Assembly (NCBI GenBank): GCA_965216605.1
Contig: CBDCGG010000002.1
Coordinates: 519,871-583,870, forward strand
Source of the DNA: Alphaproteobacteria bacterium
GTDB taxonomy: Bacteria > Pseudomonadota > Alphaproteobacteria > JABAAW01
Length of the DNA: 64,000 bases
Direction of reading: 5' to 3'
Of this stretch, positions 28,957 through 36,637 are shown piece by piece. Positions within the stretch are counted from its first letter, which is position 1, and each line of letters opens with the position of its first letter. The translations under genes were made by a program, and so were the position numbers. Below the pieces are notes generated by a model that was given only the letters and a program-made list of their open reading frames with translations, did no database searches and had not been told where the DNA came from.

Positions 28957-30701
28957 AGCACCAACCCATAGACGAGTCTGCGTGTCTCTGCTTTTTCAGG
29001 ACATTGGGGCATAGTAGGCAAGCGCACGCCACTCAAGCCGCTGTCGTAGTAATCGAAAAAGATTTGACTTTCGCTATTTTTAATCTGCGGATCAGGAACA
29101 ATGAACCACCCTCCCTGCCGCTCCACCTTTCGCACAACCCGCGCCGTCTCGATCGATGCCCCACCATAAAATTTGACGCTTTGGATTGAGGCATATAACA
29201 AGCAGGCGACAACGACTAAGATCACGATTCTTTGGGCTCTTTGCGCGCGCGACAAAAGGTTTTTCTTCTCGTCGGGCGCGAGCAGAAAGACGAGAAATAG
29301 CACAGGCAACCACCAGTTCTGCGGCGCGTGGCGAAAAGAAAAACCCACCTCGAACAAAAATATTGAGGCGGCAACCCCTGCCAAAACGAGCCAAGCTCCT
29401 CGGTGTCGCACAAAAAACACCAAGGTCAGACATAAAAGCAAGGCGCCGCTAAACAAAGAGCCGAACCCATAAAGAAAATCTCCGGGTCTAAGTGAAGAAA
29501 AAGGCGGCAAAGGAACGGGATCCCAACCACTTGCTGACCCACTTTTGGAAAACAATGAAATCCACCATTTTTCGTACTGCGATCTTCCTGAAAAGACAGG
29601 GCTTGAATCCTCCCAAAAAACTATCTCTTGTTTCTCTTCGCCGTACACGATAGCAGGATAGAAAGGATGGACAGGGTTGCCATGCAGGTAGGCGTTCGTC
29701 GCGTACGGGTAGAAGCCAAACAGCGCGACCCCCAAGATCGTAGCCGCACTGCCCAGCCCTGCAAGTTGTACAAGCGTCTTTCGACTTGCGCCGCGTCGTG
29801 CGCCGTAAGCAAGCGCTGTCAGCCCTAAGATGCCGCCGAAGACGAGCCCCGTGAACTTGATATTGATGAGAAACACGAGAAGACACGCGATACAAAAGGC
29901 GGCTCTAAGCCGTGTTGTTCGACTTTGCCTCTTGCCTTCCGAGACAAAGCACAACATGAGCAAGAAGACACTCAGTAGCGTGGATACAAGCAAACCATCG
30001 GTATGGTTGGTAAAGAAGCACCATGTTGCGATGGGGTTGGCAGCGAGCAGGAACGCCAAAACATTACGCCAGAAACGAGACAAGTGCTGTAGCGTTGCCA
30101 AATAACGCCTTGCGCAGAAAAACGCCGACAGAGTGGCTACGACCGTAAAGACAAAGCTTACCTCAAACATGTGCGTCCATACGATCAACGAGGCAGAAAG
30201 CAACCAGTGAGCCACAGGGTAGGTCAAAATGACCCACAACTTGAGCCAACTGTTAGGGTGCCGGTAGGGATTGACTCCCTCCAACAAGTCAAGGATTGCC
30301 TGAGAATGGTAGTCGCGAGAATCGTAGTTGTTGTCCAAAAGGAAACTCGTAGCCCACGCCGCGAGCGCAAAGCCTGCCAATAACAGCAACAGCGTTGCCG
30401 CTTGTTTGTGCCACCTTTCCTCTCGATGCAGTGCCACGACCGCAACTCCCCACAGCAGCAACCCCGTAGGAAAAACCCAACGACCCCTCTCCATATCGAT
30501 GCCTATGTCGGAAAGCAGAGCAAATGCCGCCGTCATGTACAAGACAGGCAGAAACAACACCGATGCCGAAAGCAACAGCTCTTCCGAGAAAAATCGCTCG
30601 CCACAAGACGACACGCTCCCTTCCCACGCCTTGACACGGCGTTGTAAAGACGACGAAAGGCGACAGCACGCATCGGCGATTGTTGGCAAAAGATGTTTCA
30701 T
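28944..30701 (-). CDS. Paralog 5 (first in transcription order) of the tandem polytopic membrane-protein family
   Basis: It has the same architecture and a longer N-terminal extension. It starts 48 nt from tRNA-Ser on the opposite strand. Confidence 0.75.
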   Translation of the reverse strand: MKHLLPTIADACCRLSSSLQRRVKAWEGSVSSCGERFFSEELLLSASVLFLPVLYMTAAFALLSDIGIDMERGRWVFPTGLLLWGVAVVALHREERWHKQAATLLLLLAGFALAAWATSFLLDNNYDSRDYHSQAILDLLEGVNPYRHPNSWLKLWVILTYPVAHWLLSASLIVWTHMFEVSFVFTVVATLSAFFCARRYLATLQHLSRFWRNVLAFLLAANPIATWCFFTNHTDGLLVSTLLSVFLLMLCFVSEGKRQSRTTRLRAAFCIACLLVFLINIKFTGLVFGGILGLTALAYGARRGASRKTLVQLAGLGSAATILGVALFGFYPYATNAYLHGNPVHPFYPAIVYGEEKQEIVFWEDSSPVFSGRSQYEKWWISLFSKSGSASGWDPVPLPPFSSLRPGDFLYGFGSLFSGALLLCLTLVFFVRHRGAWLVLAGVAASIFLFEVGFSFRHAPQNWWLPVLFLVFLLAPDEKKNLLSRAQRAQRIVILVVVACLLYASIQSVKFYGGASIETARVVRKVERQGGWFIVPDPQIKNSESQIFFDYYDSGLSGVRLPTMPQCPEKAETRRLVYGLVLCKP

Positions 30702-30749
30702 CGCTCGTCTATGCTAGGGTGGCGTGTGGCTGAAAGGCGAGGGGCTTGC

Positions 30750-30836
30750 GGAGAGGTGCCGGAGCGGTCGAACGGGACGGTCTCGAAAACCGTTGTGCGC
30801 GCAAGCGCACCGAGGGTTCGAATCCCTCCCTCTCCG
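30750..30836 (+). tRNA. tRNA-Ser (CGA anticodon), class II with long variable arm
   Basis: The fold fits manually: acceptor GGAGAGG/CCTCTCC, anticodon stem ACGGT/ACCGT with loop CTCGAAA (CGA anticodon), a variable-arm hairpin GTGCGCGCAAGCGCAC, and T-arm GAGGG-TTCGAAT-CCCTC. Confidence 0.8.
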
Positions 30837-30898
30837 TATCAACTCTCGCCTCAACCCTAGCACAAGAACCAGAGAAGCAAGAATCAGAGAGATAAGCG

Positions 30899-31684
30899 TC
30901 AAAGAGGCAAACGTTTGAAAATTTTCTCTGGAATATTGCGGATGATCGCCATGATCCCGACCCACAGCCACGGCACATAGAGCTGCTCGCGCTTTCGCTC
31001 GATGGCGCGCAAGATAACACGAGCGACATGCTCAGGACTGCTCCACAAAGCACCCTTGCGGAACGAGGCGGTCATCTTCGTAGCCACGAATCCTGGCTTG
31101 ATCGTCTGAATACACAAAGGCGAGCCTGCGCGCGCCAAACGATGACGCAACCCCTGCAAAAAGAGCGCGACCGCACCCTTGCCCGATCCATAGATATAGT
31201 TTGACGCGCGACCGCGATCGCCCGCGACCGAACCAAAAACAGAGATCACACCCCCCCTCTTCTCCATGCGTGCGCTCGCAGCATGAGCCAGCGAGGCAAC
31301 GCTGAGAAAGTTCGTCTCCCAGGCGATGCGCGCCTGTTCAAAGTTTTTCTCGGCGATTTTTTGGTTCGGCAAAACTCCTTGCGCAAGCACAACAACCCCC
31401 AATCCTCCCAAGGCTTTGTGCGCGTGAGCGAGCAAACCGTCGTGCGAGGCGAAGTTGCGCGCCTCGAAACCTTCGATCGCTACAAAACTAGCACCGCGCA
31501 GCGTCAAGTCCTTGGCAAGCCTTGCTAGTCCCTTCTTGTCGCGCGAAAAAAGGCAGAGGCGCGCGCCGCGCACAGCCCACAGGCGCGCCATCGCGCGTGC
31601 TATGTCGGCGTTCGCCCCGAAGATCGCTATATGTTCAGGGCTTTGGTGGTCGGATTTATGGCGCTTAAGATTCTTCGTTGTCAT
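30899..31684 (-). CDS. dprE2: Decaprenylphospho-2'-keto-ribose reductase DprE2-like short-chain dehydrogenase
   Basis: The 261-aa SDR has a Rossmann 'IAIFGANADIARAMA', the catalytic 'YGSGKGAV', and a C-terminus 'IMAIIRNIPEKIFKRLPL' that closely matches Mtb Rv3791 'VMMVLRHIPRSIFRKLPI'. An AAGGAG RBS is present. The track ORF (668 aa) is Arg-rich read-through of another frame; the true start is the internal Met at 31684. Confidence 0.85.
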   Translation of the reverse strand: MTTKNLKRHKSDHQSPEHIAIFGANADIARAMARLWAVRGARLCLFSRDKKGLARLAKDLTLRGASFVAIEGFEARNFASHDGLLAHAHKALGGLGVVVLAQGVLPNQKIAEKNFEQARIAWETNFLSVASLAHAASARMEKRGGVISVFGSVAGDRGRASNYIYGSGKGAVALFLQGLRHRLARAGSPLCIQTIKPGFVATKMTASFRKGALWSSPEHVARVILRAIERKREQLYVPWLWVGIMAIIRNIPEKIFKRLPL

Positions 31685-31719
31685 CGTTTTGCTCCTTTTA
31701 TGTTTGGATTGTCTTTCTG

Positions 31720-33036
31720 TTAAAGCCCGAGTCGCTGCGATTGCCGCGAGGCAAAAAGGGTGTCCGCTTCGACCTTGCGCCGTACGGCACAAAACTCTTT
31801 CCAGCGAGGATAGCCTTTGCGAAAGTTCTTTTTCGAGAGGCGTGCGTCTTTCGTCAGATAGACGCGCCCTCCGACAGCATGCACGAGCGCGTCCAAATTT
31901 TCCAGCAGCTCGAAGACGCGCGCGTTGTTTTGAAAGTCGAGCGCGAGCGTATATCCCTCCTGAGGAAAGGACAGAGGCGACAGCGCGATACCGCGCCCCA
32001 TCGTCTTCAACACGGCGAGAAAAGACCCTTGTCGAGACGCGACGACACGTTGCAAAATCTCTTCGAGCACATAGCACCCGTCTTTTTTTGGCACGACGCA
32101 CTGGTATTGCAAAAACCCGCGCTTGCCGTAAAGACGGTTCCAGTGTCGAATGCCGTCGAGCGGATAGAAGAACTTGTCGTATGCAACGATTCGCTCGATG
32201 GGCTTTGGGGCGCGACACCCGTAGTATAAGGCGTTGAAGGCGCGCACGGAGAGGGGGTTGAGCAGGAAGGAGGGAGCGTTGCAGGGAACAGAGACCAGTC
32301 CTTTTTCTTCGATGCGCCATCCCGCGCGCTCGGCGTGTTCGGCGAGGAAGAGAACACCGCGTCCCATATTTTTGCCTCGTGCGAGACAATCGAGCCACGC
32401 AACCGAGTAGGTTGTCTCGGCATGGTGTTCCAACAACTCGACGAGTTCCTGAAGGTTGCGCGCGCGTTGGCTTGTCTCCAGCATGTATGCGCTCGGCACG
32501 CGCTTCATGCGTAAGGTGAGGTCGATAACAACCCCGACAAGTCCCATCCCGCCGCAGACGGCGTGAAACAGCTCGGCATTCTTGCGCCGCGAGCAGGATA
32601 CGATCGTACCATCCGCGATCATCACGCGCATGTCTTGTATGTGATGAGCAAAGCTTCCTTCTTTGTGATGGTTTTTGCCGTGCACATCGCTGGCGACAGC
32701 TCCTCCCAGCGTCACATGCCTTGTGCCGGGCGAGACGGGCACCGCCCACCCTACAGGCAGGAAGACGCGCAACAGATCGTCGAGCGCAACGCCCGCCAGA
32801 CATCGAAGGTATCCTGTGCGCTCGTCGAAGGCGCTGAGCGTGTCGAAGGCGCGCATGTCGAGGCTGACGGGCGCGAGCGCACAATCGCCGTAGCCGCGTC
32901 CGCAACCCCGTGCGATCAAACGCTCACCGCGTGCACGCGCAGAGCGCAAAACCTCTCGCAAACCTTCCTCCGATGCGGGCGAGACAACCCGTGCCTCCAT
33001 CGAGGGATATCGCCCCCAACCTGCTATGCTCGTCAT
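31720..33036 (-). CDS. dprE1: Decaprenylphosphoryl-ribose 2'-oxidase DprE1-like FAD-dependent oxidoreductase
   Basis: Motifs 'GWGRYP', 'RGCGRGYGD' and 'SPGTRHVTLGGAVASDVHGKNHH' match the DprE1 signatures ('GWGR', 'RGLGRSYGD', '[23 protein letters not shown]'). It is 438 aa. An AAGGAG RBS precedes downstream dprE2 and the two are co-oriented. Confidence 0.9.
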   Translation of the reverse strand: MTSIAGWGRYPSMEARVVSPASEEGLREVLRSARARGERLIARGCGRGYGDCALAPVSLDMRAFDTLSAFDERTGYLRCLAGVALDDLLRVFLPVGWAVPVSPGTRHVTLGGAVASDVHGKNHHKEGSFAHHIQDMRVMIADGTIVSCSRRKNAELFHAVCGGMGLVGVVIDLTLRMKRVPSAYMLETSQRARNLQELVELLEHHAETTYSVAWLDCLARGKNMGRGVLFLAEHAERAGWRIEEKGLVSVPCNAPSFLLNPLSVRAFNALYYGCRAPKPIERIVAYDKFFYPLDGIRHWNRLYGKRGFLQYQCVVPKKDGCYVLEEILQRVVASRQGSFLAVLKTMGRGIALSPLSFPQEGYTLALDFQNNARVFELLENLDALVHAVGGRVYLTKDARLSKKNFRKGYPRWKEFCAVRRKVEADTLFASRQSQRLGL

Positions 33037-33053
33037 AACTTCCTCGCCATCTT

Positions 33054-33155
33054 GGGGATAAATTCCCCTTGGGGATAGATTCCCCTTGGGGATAAATTCC
33101 CCTTGGGGATAAATTCCCCTTGGGGATAGATTCCCCTTGGGGATAAGTTCTCTTT
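33054..33155. repeat. Six tandem copies of a 17-bp unit TTGGGGATA(A/G)ATTCCCC in the dprE1 / UbiA-like divergent intergenic region
   Basis: GGGGATA recurs at 33054, 33071, 33088, 33105, 33122 and 33139 with an exact 17-bp period. Each unit contains the palindrome CCCCTTGGGG and the hairpin GGGGATAAATTCCCC. Confidence 0.85.
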
Positions 33156-33226
33156 ACGCTCGTGCGTTGTCGCGCAACGCTTTTGCGCTTACTATAGGCA
33201 AAAGATAGAGGCAGGGTAGCCTGTTC

Positions 33227-34144
33227 GTGGAGGATGGAGAAAACGCGATGCCAACAACTTTAAAACCGCTGCAAGACAAAAAGACGCGATCCTTATCGCT
33301 CTCTGTGCTTGCGCTGTTGCGCCCTTTGGAATGGAGCAAAGGCGTTTTTGTACTTTTTCCTGCCTTGTTTTATGATATCTCGCTCGTTGTGTGGAAGCCT
33401 GCCTTGTGGGGAGCGGTGCTTGCAAGCTTTGTGCTGTTTTGCCTTGCTGCCTCCGGCGTCTATGTCTTCAACGATCTGTTGGATATTGAACAAGATCGCA
33501 AGCATCCGATCAAGAAACATACGCGACCTCTCGCTTCAGGAGAGATCTCGAAGTCTTGGGCGTGGGGCATTTTTGTTGCGCTGTCGTCTGCCTGCTTTCT
33601 GTTGTCGGCAGCATTTGTGCCTGCGGTGTTTCCCTTTCTTCTCATCTATTGGCTTTTGATGCTTGCGTACAGCGCGAAGTTGAAGCATTGGGCGATCATC
33701 GATCTTTTTGTAATCGCGTTCGGCTTCTGCCTTCGCGTCGAGGCGGGTGCGGCGGCACTCGACGCTCCTGTTTCGCTGTGGATGCTGGCGACGACCTTGT
33801 GTCTTGCGTTGTTCCTTGCTGCCTCCAAGCGAAGGCAAGAGACACTTGCCAACAAGGCGCGCGCGCGGCGGGTGTTGAGCGTCTATTCCGTTCCTTTGAT
33901 CGAACGTTATATGATGATCGCGGCGGTTTGCACGCTGATGTTTTACAGCTTTTTTGCAACCGACATTCGTCCGAAGCTGGGTTATACGATTCCCTTCGTG
34001 CTGTTCGGCTTCTTCCGCTACTTGCTGCTGATCGAGCGTAGCTCTGACAAGGATTCTCCTACTGATCTGTTGTTTTCGGACAAATCTCTTTTGGCGTGCG
34101 TCGTCGTATGGGCGATGTTGTCGATGGTGTTGTTGTGGCACTAG
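33227..34144 (+). CDS. UbiA-family decaprenyl-phosphate 5-phosphoribosyltransferase (Rv3806c/DPPR synthase-like)
   Basis: The 305-aa protein has 'FCLAASGVYVFNDLLDIEQDRKHPIKKHTRPLASG', paralleling Rv3806c 'FSLAASAVYLVNDVRDVEADREHPTKRFRPIAAG'. Further similarity occurs at 'LKHWAIIDLFVI' and 'SKRRQETL'. It is divergent from dprE1-dprE2. Confidence 0.85.
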   Translation: MEDGENAMPTTLKPLQDKKTRSLSLSVLALLRPLEWSKGVFVLFPALFYDISLVVWKPALWGAVLASFVLFCLAASGVYVFNDLLDIEQDRKHPIKKHTRPLASGEISKSWAWGIFVALSSACFLLSAAFVPAVFPFLLIYWLLMLAYSAKLKHWAIIDLFVIAFGFCLRVEAGAAALDAPVSLWMLATTLCLALFLAASKRRQETLANKARARRVLSVYSVPLIERYMMIAAVCTLMFYSFFATDIRPKLGYTIPFVLFGFFRYLLLIERSSDKDSPTDLLFSDKSLLACVVVWAMLSMVLLWH

Positions 34145-34785
34145 AGGAGGGCTGTGAAGCTGTCGCTGCAGAAGTTGCCGAAGAAGTTGCTGTAGCTTTG
34201 GACGAGATTAAAGGCGGCAGGATGATCGTCGTCTCCGACGATGCGCACAGGGAGAACGAGGGCGACTTGATTATGGCAGCGCAATACGCGACCGAGCAAC
34301 AACTCGCCTTTTTCGTGCGTTACACCAGCGGCATCGTCGCCGTGGCGATCTCTGCTGCGCGAGCCGCCTTGTTGCGCTGTCCGCCGATGGTACCTCTCAA
34401 CGAGGCGCCCTTAGCGACAGCCTTCACCGTCTCGCTCGACGGGCGCGAGGGACTGACGACAGGCATTTCTGCCGAAGAGCGTGCAAGAACGATTCGCACG
34501 CTCGCCTGCCCTAGTGCGAAGGCGGAAGATTTCGTCCGCCCAGGGCATGTCTTCCCTCTCATTGCGAAGGAGGGGGGCGTGATCGAGCGCGCGGGACACA
34601 CCGAAGCGGCTTACGACTTGGCGCGACTGGCGGGGGCAGAGCCCGTGGGCGTGCTTGCCGAGATCGTCTGCGACGACGGCAGCGTCGCCAAGGGGCAGGT
34701 GTTGGTAGACTTTGCCCTTGCGCATGGGTTAAAAAAACTTTCGATCGAAAATCTCATTCGCTGGCGGAGGCTCAATCAACGATGA
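34096..34785 (+). CDS. ribB: 3,4-dihydroxy-2-butanone-4-phosphate synthase RibB
   Basis: Motifs '[21 protein letters not shown]', 'RPGHVFPL' and '[14 protein letters not shown]' match RibB. The start is uncertain: the track ORF overlaps the upstream gene by 49 nt, and the true start is probably 34108 or later. Confidence 0.8.
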   Translation: MRRRMGDVVDGVVVALEEGCEAVAAEVAEEVAVALDEIKGGRMIVVSDDAHRENEGDLIMAAQYATEQQLAFFVRYTSGIVAVAISAARAALLRCPPMVPLNEAPLATAFTVSLDGREGLTTGISAEERARTIRTLACPSAKAEDFVRPGHVFPLIAKEGGVIERAGHTEAAYDLARLAGAEPVGVLAEIVCDDGSVAKGQVLVDFALAHGLKKLSIENLIRWRRLNQR

Positions 34786-35849
34786 CGCACCCCTTAAAAT
34801 TTCTCATCCTCGCTACAACCCTTCTGTTCCTCTCATCGCCATTTCTAAACGCTAAAGCCAAATCCAAATCCGCACCCCTCAAAATCGTCTCAACCGCAGC
34901 CCCTATACACGCGCTGCTCGTACATCTGACGCACGGCGCACAAAAGCCGCATCTGCTCCTGCCGCCAACCATCATGCCGCACGGCGCAAGACTCACGCCG
35001 TCGCAAGCACGCATTCTGCACAACGCCAACCTGCTCGTGCTTATCGGAGAATCCTTCGCCGCGCTCGAAAGCAACATCAAGCCAAGCGCAACCCGCCACA
35101 TCGTCCGCCTCACAAAGCTGAAAGGAATCACAATCCTGCCCATCGTACCAAAACATGACGAAGAAGAGCATGGTGAAGAGGAGCACGAAGCAGAGGAGCA
35201 TGGAGAAGAGGAGCATGGAGAAGAGGAGCACGGAGCAGAGGAGCACGGAGCAGAGGAGCACGGAGCAGAGGAGCACGAGGCAGAAGAACATGAAGCAGGA
35301 GAGCATCTTCATGAGGGCAGCGTCGATCCGCATGTGTGGCTCGATGTGGAGAACGCTCGTGTGATCGTCAAGCGTCTTGCCGAGATTTTGGCAAAACGCG
35401 ACCCCTCCAACGCCGCGCTGTATCGCAAGAACGCACGCTTGCAAGAGCTCTCTCTGCGTGCGCTCGATCAAGAGGTGCGCGCGCTCGTGCGCGGGATTTC
35501 GACAAGTTCTGTTGCGGCAAAATTTCTCGTGCTTCACGATTCCACCGCCTACTTTACAGCGCGCTATGGCATTCGCGGCAAAGAGCGTCTCTACGCTGCG
35601 CGTCACAACGCCACGCGCGATGGTCTGCGACATACTTTGAATGTGCGCAAAAAGCTGCGTAGCGGAGACTATCGTTGTGTCATCGTGCAACCACAACTGC
35701 CGCGCGAGGTGCGTACACGGCTTTTAGGCTCTGATACGCGGGTTGTTGTCATCGATCCCTTGGGGGCAAAGTTGCCGCAGGACAAGAATTTTTACGCTAG
35801 CTTGTTGATGTCTGTTGCCGAGGGCTTCCGGGAATGCCTTGCTGGCTAG
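34782..35849 (+). CDS. znuA: Zinc ABC transporter substrate-binding protein ZnuA with an unusually long acidic/His-rich loop
   Basis: It has a signal peptide and the cluster A-I SBP fold. The loop 'HDEEEHGEEEHEAEEHGEEEHGEEEHGAEEHGAEEHGAEEHEAEEHEAGEH' is encoded by tandem 18-nt repeats. znuC and znuB follow. Confidence 0.8.
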   Translation: MTHPLKFLILATTLLFLSSPFLNAKAKSKSAPLKIVSTAAPIHALLVHLTHGAQKPHLLLPPTIMPHGARLTPSQARILHNANLLVLIGESFAALESNIKPSATRHIVRLTKLKGITILPIVPKHDEEEHGEEEHEAEEHGEEEHGEEEHGAEEHGAEEHGAEEHEAEEHEAGEHLHEGSVDPHVWLDVENARVIVKRLAEILAKRDPSNAALYRKNARLQELSLRALDQEVRALVRGISTSSVAAKFLVLHDSTAYFTARYGIRGKERLYAARHNATRDGLRHTLNVRKKLRSGDYRCVIVQPQLPREVRTRLLGSDTRVVVIDPLGAKLPQDKNFYASLLMSVAEGFRECLAG

Positions 35850-35871
35850 AATAAATCTGTAAAATGAAACG

Positions 35872-36615
35872 ATGATTCCACCCACAAACAAGCCGCGCAA
35901 AAAACCATCAGAAGTCCTGCTCTGCGCGGACAAGCTCTCTGTCTCGCGCGGCGGCAAACAACTGCTGGAAGAAGTATCCATCACGCTAAAACGCGAAGAG
36001 ATCGTAACGCTCCTAGGTCCAAACGGCGGCGGCAAAACAACCCTTCTACAAAGCCTACTAGGACTCTATCGCGCCTCGCACGGCAAGGTCTCACGCGCTA
36101 AAGGAATTCGTATCGGCTATGTTCCGCAAAAGCTGAACCCTAGCCCGCTCATGCCGCTCAGCCTTCGTCGTTTTGCGCATCTCGGCAACGATGCATCCGT
36201 CGATCGCGTCGAACAAAGTTTTTCAGAGCTGGGATTGTCTGCCCTAGCCTCGCATCCGTTGTACACGCTGTCAGGCGGCGAGTTGCAAAAAGCCTTGCTG
36301 GCACGCGCAACGGCAAAACAACCCGATTGTCTAGTGCTGGACGAACCCCTCTCCGGCGTCGACGAGGCGGGACGCATCCGTCTCTACGGCTGGCTGGAGA
36401 GTTACAGCCGTAAAAATCGCTGCGCCATCTTGATGGCATCGCACGATCTACACCTCGTGATGGCAGCGACCGATCGTGTCCTGTGCCTTGAGCGTCGTAT
36501 CTGTTGCGAGGGCAAGCCGCAAACCGTCTCGCAAAGCAAAGCCTTCATACAGCTTTTCGGTAGCAATCGCTACGCGCTGTATGCGCACAAACACAAGACG
36601 AACGAGCGGCAGTAG
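35872..36615 (+). CDS. znuC: Zinc ABC transporter ATP-binding protein ZnuC
   Basis: It has Walker A 'GPNGGGKTT', the signature 'LSGGELQKALLARA', and Walker B 'LVLDEP'. Confidence 0.85.
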   Translation: MIPPTNKPRKKPSEVLLCADKLSVSRGGKQLLEEVSITLKREEIVTLLGPNGGGKTTLLQSLLGLYRASHGKVSRAKGIRIGYVPQKLNPSPLMPLSLRRFAHLGNDASVDRVEQSFSELGLSALASHPLYTLSGGELQKALLARATAKQPDCLVLDEPLSGVDEAGRIRLYGWLESYSRKNRCAILMASHDLHLVMAATDRVLCLERRICCEGKPQTVSQSKAFIQLFGSNRYALYAHKHKTNERQ

Positions 36616-36637
36616 CCTTCACCCCCTTGTCCTTGCC

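Noticed and set aside
22237-30701. Possibility that the five similar genes are an assembly artifact of one gene
   Set aside because: The copies differ substantially in their central and C-terminal regions and are joined by distinct overlapping stop/start junctions. Only short 5' blocks are near-identical. This is consistent with real paralogs undergoing gene conversion.
30899-32905. A 668-aa ORF spanning dprE2 and most of dprE1 in another frame
   Set aside because: The N-terminal ~400 aa are extremely Arg/Ala-rich nonsense, typical of an off-frame read through a high-GC gene. Only the C-terminal 261 aa (the SDR) are real. DprE1 is encoded in a different frame (31720-33036).
33054-33155. Possible CRISPR array
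   Set aside because: The units are contiguous 17-mers with no intervening unique spacers and no cas genes nearby. It is a simple tandem repeat.
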